Source: Naegleria gruberi (taxonomy: Eukaryota). Taken from it: a stretch of DNA of 64,000 nt. Within the stretch, counting starts at the first letter, position 1; every line of letters begins with the position of its first letter. Below are positions 42,439 to 54,885 of the stretch, piece after piece. The notes beneath the pieces are model-generated. The model did no database searches. It was not told where the DNA came from and saw nothing but the letters and a program-made list of their open reading frames with translations. A program made the position numbers and the translations under genes. Where the stretch lies: NCBI GenBank assembly GCA_000004985.1, contig GG738860.1. The stretch is one strand, 5' to 3'.

Positions 42439-45400
42439 TCAGTTTGATTTAAGGAGCGATCTAAGCTTTCCAAGTAGGTTAATCACAAAACAGATTAAGA
42501 ACGGAATGGTCCATATAGTATCATCCTGTTCCTCCTCTTTTTTGGTTGTTTTCACAGTTGTGGGATAATGTTGATCATCCTCTTGCCTGCCGTGTTGATG
42601 AGATTCCTTTTCCTTCTCTCCAAAATATTCCTCAGGTTCCTCAATATCATCATCCTCTTGGTCAACTTCCTGGTCATCCTCAATATCTTGTTCTTCCTTT
42701 TTTTGAGCTTCTAATGTTTCTGGATCTTCTGAATAGAGTGTTGGAAAATGCTTACAAAAACACCTTAATGACAAGCCAATATTAATCACATATTCCAAGT
42801 AAGATTTACCATTCATTTCAACCACTCGAGGCTTAAAGTATTTACCATTAATTGGCAACATCATGGAATTATACATATTGTCTAACTGAATTCTCTTACG
42901 ACGTGTTGACTCTGGAAGAAAATCTGAATTGGAGGAGAAGGCTTTGAGATTCACAAGGCAAACATTATTGCTAATAGAGTTGTAGTCAAAGGAACATAGA
43001 GTTAATTTGATTGTATCCTGGAGAGTTTTGTTTTCTAACAGCTCAGTAGTGCCGCCACTCTTTTCATTCATATAAATTCCAAGTGCAAATTTAAATCCAA
43101 AAACTTCGAATTGATCTCCAAATATCCAAGTTTCATGAGTTTTCATACAGACACGAATGACACATGTTTGGATAAGGGTTGGGAACTTGTTTGCCAATGT
43201 GTAAATAAATGAAGGATAATTGGTTGAAGAAAGGTCCTTTCGTCCATTATGAATAATTTCCTCATTAAAATCTTGAATTGGTTCGAATTGTAAATTTCTC
43301 AATCCTACCACAAATTTGTAAACTAGAAAATCATCATTTCTTGAATAAGGTTCTAAGAATTTCTTTTTTACATGATAGCTCATGACCCTTCCATTCCAAT
43401 TAATTTTTCTGCTATTGGAAAAGTATGTTTGGGGTTCGAAATCATAATTACACATGACAATATCCACCATTCCCCTTTGCTTAGTTTCTGGTTTAGTTTG
43501 TTGTAGATTAATTTTGAAACTGTCTTTAGTGGAATATAGCACGTATTTAGGATTTGGAATAAACTCAATACACCATTCGTATCCTAGTGCATTAAAAGTT
43601 GTGCTTGTATACTCTTCATTTCTCAAATATTGATCAAGCAAGGGAACTTTAACCAACACTTCATTCAATATAAATTCCTTTCTATTAAACAAATTTGTGA
43701 AATATTCCAAATCTTTCTCAAGAATTGGTGATGTCTCAGTACTAGGTTTAAGAACCTGAATTGTCTTGTGTGAGTGTTTGTAAAATTCATGCCCAATTAG
43801 AAACTCAATAAAACTATTCATTATCTTCTTGGCTGGAATGAAATGTTTTAGAGCTCCTTTTGCAATTTTCACAATATCGAACCCAGAGAATGATGTTAAA
43901 TCCTGTTCTCCACTGATAAAATCAGTAAACAGTCTTTCGATAATGGCACTCGTCTCATCTGGAATGTCATTTTTCAGCATTAAATAACTAAGAGTCTCAA
44001 TAACTGTAGAGTAGTATCCCAAATCAAGTAAAATTGGTGCAAACTGGCAAAAAGCTATTGAGGATCTTCTGGAAATGTTCTCCAAATATCCAATTTCAAC
44101 CTTGGTGAATTCAATTTTCTTTTCATTCCACATCTTGTTAATTACTGGGAGAATTGAAGTGGCATCCCTAAGGTATGAATCATATCTGTAAGATTTGAGG
44201 AAAAGTTTGCAAATTTCGTCTAGATTTGGAATATCTTCAATTTGGTTTCCAAAATGGTGAAAAAGGCCAATAATAATTACATATGCTTCTTTCATATCTT
44301 GTGATTTCACTCTTTCCTTCACAGCTGACACTACTGAGTCAATTTTCGTATAGTCAAGTTTAGGATATAAAAGATTGCGCTTATCCATTTTTTGAGTCTT
44401 TCGTATTATGCAAACCTTTGGTGTTTCCTGACAAAATATGGAGAATTGTGAACCTAGTACTGAATCACTGAAGCAATCCCAAAGCAAAACCCTACAATTC
44501 GTAAACTTTTTCAAATGTTCAATAGTTTCTAATGTGAGATCAGTATTGTATATAACAATGAGATCGTCCAATTGATAAGACATTGGTATAATTTTCTCAA
44601 AGAACCCATCTTGTAATTTTGAATTTTCAAATGAAAGTTTTTGTAAATTGACTGCTGATAGTAACATGTCAGAGAATCCACGTTCCATACCAGTTATTTC
44701 TCCACTAAATTTGATGGTGAGTAGAAATTTTGGGAGCTTACATTGAGAATAATCATTAATCATTTCAGGAACATGCAAAATTAAACTATGTAAATTGGAG
44801 AAATTTGTCAATTTGGAGAAGTGATGAATGTTTCCATTATTCAGTTCCAACTGGAGATACTTCATAGTATCCTGTGGCAGCATATCAACCAATGATGCAC
44901 AACTATTATTTGAATGGAGCTTTTCCAATTTGCATTCTTTCATTGATTCTAATTGCTTTCGAATAAAAGTATTTGTGGATTTATCTTCACCATTTACCAC
45001 CAATTCCACCAAGTTTTCACATTCAAATTCTACATTATCAATGGCATTCTTCCCATAGTTCCAACTCAGCTTTTTCAAATCTTTTGTAATGAAAGACTTG
45101 ACAATATCAATATAGTCATCACAATCAAAATTTCCGATTGTTAAAGAATGCAGAGAAAGATTTTCATGTAATTTGGCAAGTATTTCCATGTCTGTGAGAA
45201 TAACATGTAAGGATTCCTTAAAGTTCAATTGTAAAGTTGCTAAATTAGACAGCTTGCTCAAACAATTCAATAATGGATCAATCACACGACTAGCATTTGA
45301 TATTGAAAGTGTGTTGATTGTTAGATTTTCAAGAGTTGGTGCAAGATTACTCAAATTCATGTGCCAGTTTGTGAAAGTTTGACTCGTTGTGAAATTCCAA

Positions 45401-46298
45401 ATCAATTCGAGAGTCTTCAAGTTTGGAAATGAGTTTGATTTTTCGAATACTGAATAGAAAGGACCATGGATTGCATAATCATTCTTATAATTATAATCAT
45501 AAACCAATTCCATTTTCTTAATTGTTTTAGAATATTTTGAAAGTGCCATCTTGGCTGCTTTGTCATTATACGGTATAAATTTCAATTCTGTTAAATTCTC
45601 ACACTGCTCTGTAAATTGTGAAACAACCTTATCAGTTATCATCACAGTTTCAAAGGAAAGGCATTCTAGTGATCTAGGAAAGTTCATTTTCGTGCAACTC
45701 AAATCATCTTTATAATATGAATGGCCCAGGTAAGTGAAAGATATTTCAAGTTTTTTGAGATTTTGAAATTCATTGAAAAATTGAAAACTATCCAATTCCA
45801 AATCACAAACTGATAAACTTTGTAAAGTTTCCAATATTGGGCTCTTATTAGAAATCCATTTGGAAATAAAACCTGCACAATTATTCAACAAACCCTTCCC
45901 AAATTTTAATTCTTCAACTTTCTTCAACTTTCCAATTTCAACCAATCCAAAACCTTGAAATTATTAAAATTCTTGCAAGAAAATTCACTCAACTTACCAT
46001 CAACCCGAATATTATTTAATTTTCCCTCGAAAAAATTACAATCAATTCTTGTCAAATTTTCCAATTTGATCAAATAATTGTCAATTATTTCACACAAAAT
46101 CCGATCGGTGGCTGAGGAACGAATTGTAAAGGTTGTCTTGTTGTGGATCAGATAATTATTCACCCATTCGAAAAAGTGTGTTGAAACCAATCTCAAATTA
46201 AATAAATGGTGGTTTTCTTTCAAGAAGCAAAACACATGTTGAATGAAGAGTTCTGCAGGTAATTCCAACAGTTTCATTTTTTTCTTCTGGAATTGCAA
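42439..46298 (-). CDS. Large F-box-like/LRR protein of about 1270 aa. Two exons, 45998..46298 and 42439..45953.
   Basis: A 44-nt intron at 45954..45997 has a GTAAGT donor and a ..TTTCAAG acceptor, joining ...NNIRVD|G|FGLVEIGKLKK. The N-terminus is F-box-like (LPAELFIQHVFCFLKENHHLFNLRLVSTHFF). LRR-like repeats run throughout. Confidence 0.7.
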
Positions 46299-46431
46299 GA
46301 TTCAATTTCAAAGATTGATCAAAAGTTGCAATTATTTGATGATAAATTGATCAATAAAGTTATTTCTTATTATCTATCAAATTCTGATGGAAGGAGACAA
46401 GCAATTTGCTCTATAGAAATGGAGCGGTATT

Positions 46432-48158
46432 TTATTCATCTTCATCACTTATGCAATACCAATTCATTTCATTCCATTTTCTCAATTTTTTAAATCCAAA
46501 AGAAGTAATCAATGAGCTTTCCTTGATACCAATATTTCTCAATAATTTCAGTACTGTTTCATTTGTTTCTGCATTAAAATTATTCCATAAATAATCAATA
46601 TCATCATCAGAAAAGTAATATCCCAAACGATTCAAATTCTTGAAGGTTTCATTCTTTGCCAATATTTCAACAAAATCAATATCAACCACTTGCTCCTCAT
46701 CAATTTCATCACCTTCATTATAAACTGAAAGATCTCGTAAATTTACGAGAATATTTGATTTGGCAAGATATTCTAAATCTGATATTGTTGATGGCATGGA
46801 CAAGTGTAAAGTATTAAGGTTGGAAAAGTATTGGGAATCTGAATAAAATAACTTGAACCCATTCAAGCAACTATTGGCTTTGTGAATTTCCAAACATTCA
46901 AGAGATTTTGCGGTCGAATTAATGACACTAACCAAATGGTCAGAACCGTGTTCTAGTTTGACTTTTCCATTTATGAGTAATATTTGGAGATTGCTAATAT
47001 AGTTGGATTGCATAATTTCATCAATATCACGAACTTGACTCAAAAATTCTAAATATGTCATATTACTCAATGTTTCATTCTCTGAAAGTGATAAAACTCC
47101 CTTATTCGATATTTGAAACAGTGTTAAACTTTCTAACATTGGCATTTTGAACCTACAAACAAGATCGGTAGCAAAGGATGAACAATCAAAAGTTAATGAT
47201 ACTAAATTTGGACATTCGATATTGATTTCCTCATTTTCCTTCTCACTACGCAATTCGAACCAGTCTCCCTCATCAATAGTACAATATCTCAGGGATGGAC
47301 ATTCAAAAATCTCGAACAACTCTGCAAAAGAACAAGTGGCAGTCAAATTGTGCAATGTCAAATATTCTAATACTGGTAATGATGCAATGTAAGAAATTCC
47401 ACTCGCATCCATATTTTCCAACTCCAAACTCCTCAAACAATTAGTATATCTGTTGACGTATAGAGCTACATTATTCAAGCGTTTAGTACCTCTAATTGTC
47501 AGTGATGTTAAATTGTGCAACAAGTGTGAATCCAGATACATTCTTCCCTCTCCTGTCATCCAAAAATCCAAACGTTTAATATTCATAATGTTTACATTAT
47601 CCAAATCTGAGAATAAGAGTTCAGATTGCAAACAGAGCTTTAGGCTTTTTAAATTTCCAAATTGTTGAATATATCAGCAGGTCTGTCATATTCAGAAGAT
47701 GTTATTATTGCATTTTCCATAGAGTTGAAATATTTAGATTTTACAAACTCAATCAAATCTGGTCTATTCTCATCTAAATAATAATGGAATTGCCTCAAAT
47801 GTCCAACTGCTCTATAAAATTGTTTAGAAACAAGTAAAAGCTTAAAACCCTCCAAATTTGGCAAATAGGATAGAATGACAGCAATTACATCATCACAGGC
47901 ATTTTCCATCACATTTTGCCGATGTTTCTTCTTTGAATTTTTTAACTTTGCTTCATCACAAATATTTGAATATTTTCTCTTCCGATCCAGTATTTCCAAT
48001 TCCAAGTGTAAATGCTTAGTACGTTCCCTAGCCATCAGGAGTTGAAATATTTGATCGGAGTTCAATCCCACATCATTCAATGCTACCAATTCATTGTTAA
48101 GATTTCCATCAGAAATATTTTTTACATCTTGATTGGATAAAGATGGTTGTAGAGACAT
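46432..48158 (-). CDS. F-box/LRR protein with a -1 frame disruption near 47632-47650, so it is either a pseudogene or an assembly error
   Basis: The upstream ORF 47649..48302 carries the F-box VIAVILSYLPNLEGFKLLLVSKQFYRAV. The downstream ORF 46432..47631 carries LRRs. No GT donor is available before the stop, so an intron cannot repair the break. Confidence 0.5.
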
Positions 48159-48274
48159 TTTTTTGGAATTGTTGCACTTTTTACAATAACAATTTATTTT
48201 TAATGCACAATAGAAGTTCATATTTAAATTTGAATATAAAAATAGAATTTTATAATAGAATTTTATAAAAAAAA

Positions 48275-49426
48275 ATGAGCGATTTGGCATCAAGCACAAC
48301 ATCCTATCATAGAGTTACACAATTTAATTCTCCTCATGCCTCCAATGTCCTTCCACAAATATTGAAACTCTTATCGGAGATTGAAAAGGAAAATCGAGTA
48401 AAAATTTTGTATGTTTGTGATGCTGGATCGAGAGCCATGTCGATTCATGATCAATCGGAGTGATTCTAGTGATTATGATGTTAGATTTGTATATGTTCAT
48501 CCAGTTGATTGGTATTTGAGAGTTAGAGATGAAGTTGATTTGGAAATTAGAAAGAAGGTGATGATTAAATTGGATCATTTGAAAGGAGATGAAACTGAGA
48601 TTGATTTTGTTGGATATGAATTTAGGAAAATGTTGAGCTATACTGCAAAATCAAATCCTACAGCAATGGAATGGATGGTTCAGAGTGAAATTATTTATTA
48701 TTGTTATGATGAAAAGTGGTTGAAAGAAATGAAAGAATTTTGGAATGTTTATTATTTTAATTTAAAGACAATTGGTATGTTCTTTCATTTGCTTTTTATT
48801 TACACAATTGATGTTTTGAATAATTTATATTTTACATATTTGGAAATATAGTATATCACTATTTGAATATTGCAAAGGATAATTATTGTGATTATTTAAG
48901 AAACAAAGCAGAAGTGAATAGAAAAAAGTACATTTACGTAATGAGATGTTTATTGTGGGTTGAGCATGCCAAACTTTCTCACTTTTCAGCTTGGAAAAAT
49001 GGACAAACTGTAGAAAAGATTACTCCAATTATACCTGTACCACCTTTCGATGTTAATCTTCTACTTTCTGAAACATTGGAAAAACAAAAGGAATATTTGG
49101 AATATCCTGAAAAGGATAAGTATCCAATACAGTTCAATTTCTTTGATAAGCAAACCCAAGCTCTTGAACAATTGAATTATTTGATTGATAGAAAGAAGGC
49201 TAGTTCTGGGCAATGGACTAAACAACCTAGAATTCCAGTATTAGACGATTGGCTCATGTTTCTTAGAATGGAAGAAAAAGTTTTTGCAGACAAGATTCTT
49301 TCACTAGAGAAGAGAAAGATTGATTGCATTACACAAGAAGAAAAGAACTCACTCCAACAACGATTCGATTCTTTATTCTATGAGCATGTTATGGGTTTTG
49401 ATAAGATTCCATCTGTATTAGAATAA
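48275..49426 (+). CDS. Nucleotidyltransferase-like protein of the Pol-beta/MNT fold. It has one frame break near 48440-48465 and one 77-nt intron at 48775..48851.
   Basis: The hG[GS]-x9-13-D.D signature is LYVCDAGSRAMSIHDQS|SDSSDYDVRFVYVHP, split across a +1 frame change. The GTATGT intron restores ...KTI|V|YHYLNIAKDNYCDYL. Confidence 0.5.
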
Positions 49427-49474
49427 AGAGGTGAATTGAAAATGGAATTAATGTCTGCCACGAATGCCTGACTT

Positions 49475-50893
49475 TCAATGGTTAACTTCTCTGGTATTTT
49501 CAAGATCGATATCATAGTCAACTTCTGGCACTTCTGATTCATGATCTTGGTATAATTCAACTTTTTCGCTTTCTCTACGAACCATGAACCTTTCATCTCC
49601 TTCAAGACCGAATTCATTGGTGAGGGATTGTTCACGTTCTTGATTATTGGACTCATTTGACTCTTCGCTGTTATCACTTACTGATTGATCTTTGTTTTCA
49701 TCACCCTTGTCTTCGTCATTTGAGTAAGAAGGAGCATTTAATGAACTTGTATCCTTAATGTTTTGATTTCCAGATTCAACTTGGTCATTTGTTGGAGATT
49801 CAATTGAAACACTTGGTTTAGTAGACAGAGTATCCATTCTTGTGTTTGGAGGAAGAGGCATTCCACTTTCGTCAACCGTTTTGCTGACCTCCTCTTCTGA
49901 TTGTTGTGGAACTTCTCCTGGTGGAGAAATAGGCTTTTCATCCTCTTTCTCTAAATTTGTGCTGTCACTTGTCTGGGAATTAATTGGTGCTTCATTTTCT
50001 CCCAAGTTGATGATATTTGGTTGAAGAGGCTCTGGATTAATCATTGGAGGAAGAGGCATTCCACTTTCGTCAACATTTTTGCTGACCTCTTCTTCTGATT
50101 GTGAGGATTGAGCTGGTGGAACTTCTCTTGGTGGAGGAATATGCTTTTCCTCGTTAACTGAATCTGTACTCTCATTGGCCTGGGAATTACTACTACTATC
50201 GTCAGTAGCTGAACCTCTTTCCCTTGGAAGAGGTTCTGTTTGAGAAGAGCTTGTTTCCTGTGAAGGTGAAAGCGCAATTTCTGGTTCAGCAGTTGCTTTT
50301 TCTTCCTTTGGTTGTGATGCTGTTGAAGGATTTTGATTCTCTTCATTCTTAACAGGTTGTTGTTCTGAAACAGGTCCATCATTTGATTTTTCAGATTCTT
50401 CCTTTGGAAGAGGTTCAGAAGTTGGTTCAGATGACTTTGATTCATTTTCAATTGATTTTTCTGAAGGTTTCTCTGGAATTGGTTCAGATTTCAAACTAGC
50501 ATCCTGCTTAATTTCAGTATTTTGCTTTTTGTTGGTAGTCCATAAATTACACATTTGAGAAAGCTCCCTTTTTGACATACCAAGCCATTTCTTTTCCTTT
50601 TTAATGTCATCCTTCAATTGTTGTAAATCTAAAGCGTACTGATTCTTCAACAAGGTATTCTTACTTCCCGAGTGAATGTTTTTAATCAATCTATTAAGAA
50701 CCCTATTAGCTCTAATCATTTTCTTCATTTCATGCTTACTTCGCATTCTAATATCTAATAATTTACATGCGTACTCATTCTCATCTGATACAACAGCACC
50801 CTCAACCATGCAAATCATCAGCATCAGTATGATGCTCATCAAGAACAGAACCAACACCCCAACGGCCCTCTTACCACCCTCTTTTCCCTTCAT
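49475..50893 (-). CDS. Secreted or membrane-anchored acidic S/E/P-rich repeat protein of 472 aa
   Basis: The N-terminus carries the hydrophobic segment VLVLFLMSIILMLMICMV. An internal near-duplicate segment EVP..QS.EEEVSK.VDESGMPLPP appears twice, with the DNA copies near 49841-49935 and 50040-50135. Confidence 0.6.
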   Translation of the reverse strand: MKGKEGGKRAVGVLVLFLMSIILMLMICMVEGAVVSDENEYACKLLDIRMRSKHEMKKMIRANRVLNRLIKNIHSGSKNTLLKNQYALDLQQLKDDIKKEKKWLGMSKRELSQMCNLWTTNKKQNTEIKQDASLKSEPIPEKPSEKSIENESKSSEPTSEPLPKEESEKSNDGPVSEQQPVKNEENQNPSTASQPKEEKATAEPEIALSPSQETSSSQTEPLPRERGSATDDSSSNSQANESTDSVNEEKHIPPPREVPPAQSSQSEEEVSKNVDESGMPLPPMINPEPLQPNIINLGENEAPINSQTSDSTNLEKEDEKPISPPGEVPQQSEEEVSKTVDESGMPLPPNTRMDTLSTKPSVSIESPTNDQVESGNQNIKDTSSLNAPSYSNDEDKGDENKDQSVSDNSEESNESNNQEREQSLTNEFGLEGDERFMVRRESEKVELYQDHESEVPEVDYDIDLENTREVNH

Positions 50894-51225
50894 GTTTCAA
50901 TAATACAAATAAACCAACTACAGTCACACAGATCTACAGTGATATGCTTAGTGGCTTTTTTTTTGATCTGATATTCTACATCGAATCATCAACCCTGTAA
51001 AACGACCTATTGAGATGGTGGAGAACTAACTGTAGTGTGAGGTTGATAGCTGGAGAGCGCACATTTAAGCTAGTTATTGTAAAAAATTTAACACTACTGG
51101 TTGGAATGGATTGGATAAAATGGCATTGTATAATATGTTTGTTATCCATATATCAGCAATTTTCAATAGATTATGAACATTTTGTAAAGTATTATTTAAA
51201 ATTAATTATTTAAAAATTAAAAAAA

Positions 51226-52105
51226 ATGGCCAGTTTGGAAGAATTGTTGAGTAAACGTATTGCAACCCTCTCACAAAATCATACACAATTTCTTCTCACA
51301 ACCTCGAATGCACCCAAAATAGCCTACTATATGGGTGAAGCACTCGATGCAAAGGATGTTACCTGGAAGAAATTTGTAGAGAAATTAAAGGCTGATTTTT
51401 CCATTGCGCAAGTGAGTGGTCAAATGATTCGGGATGGTTGTCTGGTTCGGGATGGATTTGATATATTGTTCATGCCGGGAGGGGATCCTGCTCAACACGT
51501 CAAGTTGATGGGCGAAGAGGAAGGTATGAGGAGAGTGAAGGAATTCTTGTCTCTTCCATTGAAGGGATATGTTGGATCGTGTGCTGGAGCTTATTGTGCA
51601 ATGGCTATGGAAACTATGGAAGGTTATCCGAAATTACAGGAATTTATGCCAAAAACTTTGGATATTTTGGAGGTAATTTTATAATAATTTTTAATTATTT
51701 AATCGATTGATGGAATATTGTTACAAATTATAGGGATTTATTATTAAAGATAGAGAAGTACACAATTGGAAGAGAGGATTTGGAACATCATATGTTAAAT
51801 TTACAGAAATTGGAAAGGAAATATTCGGAGAGAAGAGGGATGAAGCATCCATGTTTTACAGAAATGGTCCAATATTACATGTGACAGATTCATCTAAATG
51901 TCAGGTATTATGTGAATATACTAATGAGTTTACTGTCGATCCAGCTGTTCAGAAGGGATTCATGATTGGAAGTGCTGCCTCAGTATGTGGACGATTTGAG
52001 GGTGATAAGGGAAGAGTCTTGTTATTCTCTGCACATCCAGAAACATCTGGTGATGATATGAATCAATTATTAATCAATTCCTTCAAATTTGTTATCACTC
52101 CTTGA
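51226..52105 (+). CDS. Biotin-protein-ligase N-terminal (BPL_N, class-I glutamine-amidotransferase-like) domain protein. Two exons, 51226..51672 and 51734..52105.
   Basis: Motifs ILFMPGGDP and GYVGSCAGAYCA. The 61-nt intron at 51673..51733, running GTAATT...TATAG, keeps the frame through to ORF 51851..52105. Confidence 0.7.
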
Positions 52106-52431
52106 AGAAGAATCAAAGAATTTTGGAACATTTGAATTACCTGAAAAGTGGAGACAATGTCGGAAAGTTTGAAATAGAATGATGATCATCATTTCTAAAA
52201 CAATGATCCATTCTAATATCATTCATCATAATACTACAAAATGATAATACTCCAATATATATATTTACATAAAGTATTAATCAAAGTTTTTATACAAGTA
52301 AAATTTACAAGCTGAATAGCGACAACTATTAAAAACTGTTCGACAATGAGTAATTATCGAATCGTGTGTGATGGTGGTAGTAGGTACTAATATATCTGAT
52401 GATGAAAACAACACACAATATCATTAGAAAT

Positions 52432-52788
52432 TTAGATTTCACCAAAGGTGTTTTCTCCATTGTAGGTTACATACAAGAAACCATCATCGTCCTTTTGTTC
52501 TTCATAAAGTTGACTCATCAGTGTGGCGCTTGGTGGAAGAACGTTATTAACGAAAATGAAAATATTTGTTGTTGAATCAATCTTGATACGTTTACGAATA
52601 ATATACACAAATTGTGCCACTGTAAGATCGGCAGGAACTAAATATTTCTTCTTATCAATATCTGGGAAATTTGATTTATCAGCCTTTTCGCAAATGACTG
52701 GAATACGATCAGAGTAACGTTGTCTAATTCTAGAGGCTTCAGCTTGTCTCTTTTCAAAGGTATTTTCTGGGTCTTCCTTATATTTCAT
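52432..52788 (-). CDS. atg8: Autophagy-related ubiquitin-like protein Atg8 (GABARAP/LC3 family)
   Basis: The 118 aa align with the Atg8 family along their full length: [25 protein letters not shown]...[24 protein letters not shown]...[40 protein letters not shown]. Confidence 0.9.
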   Translation of the reverse strand: MKYKEDPENTFEKRQAEASRIRQRYSDRIPVICEKADKSNFPDIDKKKYLVPADLTVAQFVYIIRKRIKIDSTTNIFIFVNNVLPPSATLMSQLYEEQKDDDGFLYVTYNGENTFGEI

Positions 52789-53169
52789 GATGATGATGTT
52801 GGTTTAAAATGCTGTTCTTTTTGATTTTTTTAATAAATTATTATTAATTATTTTTAAATCAAGGAGTTGTTTCACGTTTGTTTTGCTTTGCTTCAAAATA
52901 ACTTCCAATTCATTCAAATAAAAGGTTACTGGAAGGTAATAGCAATTTGAAGAAGGGACATTCGTTGTAGTGTTGTTGATTCTAATTGGTTTGGGGGTAG
53001 CCTTTCTTCGGATTTGAAAAGTATTATCTTAATATTCTTCTTATTAAAACTTATTGTCCGGTCTTTTTTGTATTCGAATAGTTGGAAGAATTTGATTTTG
53101 ACTTGGTTTGAATTAGTGTTTGTCTCATCCTTAGAATTTTGCTGGAAGGAAATTTTGTGCAATCTTGGT

Positions 53170-54885
53170 TTAAATAAATTCAAAGAATTCCCGCTCCAAA
53201 TCTCCCAAACTTTCTGAAGGTTTAAAAGTAGGAATGTTTTCTGAAACAGTTTGTGAAATTTCTTGAAGGTATCTCAGTACCGATTGTAACCTTTCATCTC
53301 TTTGTTGAAGAGGAATAGCACCATTCGAAACTCCTTGAGGAGGCAGTATGGAATTGTAATTTGGCATTGTGATAATGAGTGGATTCTTTTGTCTTTCCAA
53401 TATTTCTTCCATTTCTCTTACAATATTAGAGCATTTGTTTTTGATTCTCAAATATTTCTGAGAGAGTGATTGAAGAGCACGCAAATCCTTTTCCAAAACT
53501 TGAAAATAATCGACATATAATGATTTACCATTGGTTATGAGTGGAAGATTGTTTTGTCTCAACCCAGATTCAATTAATTTACAAATTTCAATGTGAATTT
53601 CACTAACCAACATGATGATAATCCCAGCATCAGAATAAATGTATCTTTGTTATTCAATACAAGATGTGAGATACATGCTGAATACATGCAATAAACTTAC
53701 TTGAAAAGTTCATGTTCAGTGGACAGTGTAATTTTGAGAGCCATTTCCTCGACTAGACTCCTCAATTCTGGAATATTTCTGTAGAAGGATAAGCTTGTAG
53801 AATTGTAAGTGAAAATAATGTGTAATTGCATAAATTCTGTAAACCTTTCAGTTCTACAATCATTAAATAGTTTAAAATGTTCTGATTTGAGTGAAACGAC
53901 AACTTTGAATACAAAATCAATTACTTGTTTGAATAGCATACAATTTTCAGATGTGACTTTTGCTGTTTTCATATAATCTAATGTTCCAGTTGTTAATAAA
54001 TTATCCAATTTCTGATCTACAGACAATTCCACAATCCTTGGCATGTGTTCAATAAACTCAGGTAATGCACTAATCAATTCATCCATTGACTTGGACAAAA
54101 AGACAGTTCTCCTCTCTAAATTCTTACATATAATATCAGTTGTATCTTTCAAGCATTCACTCACAAAATTTTCAACCATTGACAAGTAAATCTTTCTCTT
54201 TAGAATATCTCCCTTTCCGTTATAAAATGCAGACAATTGCTGACATGCACAATACAAGTAATAATTCTGGGAATGATCCACAAACAATTTCCCAATTTCC
54301 ACTTCAGCATTCTTTGCATACTGATCAGCCAAATCCAATTCAGCTCTCAATTGATGATGAATAGCCTTTATCGACAAGTAAAATGCATAAATACAATTTA
54401 CATCTTCCAAATTTGAAATAAACTCATTTTCCTCCAATGAAATCTTCCTCTTTGAAATGTTCTCTATCTTTCCCAGATAATTATTCAGAAAATGTTCTAA
54501 AACGCCACGTTTAATAACTGGATGTCCTACACATATAAAATCAAAATATTCATCAACAAAAGTTCCATCACCTTCTTTTTTCTTTTTGAGATTTTCTTGA
54601 TATAATTCCGAAGCTCTTCCTCTTTTTTTAGGTTCTTCATACTATTTAAATATTTAATTATTGAATAATTAAATAAATGTAATGGAATTAACTACTAACC
54701 ACACATTCTAAATTTCTGGAAACACAATAGGAACATTTAGGCTCCAACTTGTCGCACTTTTTGTGATTTCTTTTGCATTGGACACAGGATGGCGTTGAAT
54801 TATTGTTGGATTTTTTCTTTTTTTTAGAGTTTGATGATGAGGAACAAGTTGAAGGAGAGTCGTTAGCATTCTCAAATTCCGACAT
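53170..54885 (-). CDS. Zn(II)2Cys6 (Gal4-type) binuclear-cluster transcription-factor-like protein of about 533 aa. Three exons, 54700..54885, 53701..54641 and 53170..53644.
   Basis: Exon 1 carries CVQCKRNHKKCDKLEPKCSYCVSRNLEC, which is C-x2-C-x6-C-x6-C-x2-C-x6-C, preceded by a basic K-rich patch. The first intron, 54642..54699, runs GTTAGT...AAATAG. The second, 53645..53700, runs GTAAGT...ACAAAG. Together they join ORFs 54688..54885, 53697..54437 and 53170..53613 in frame. Confidence 0.65.
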
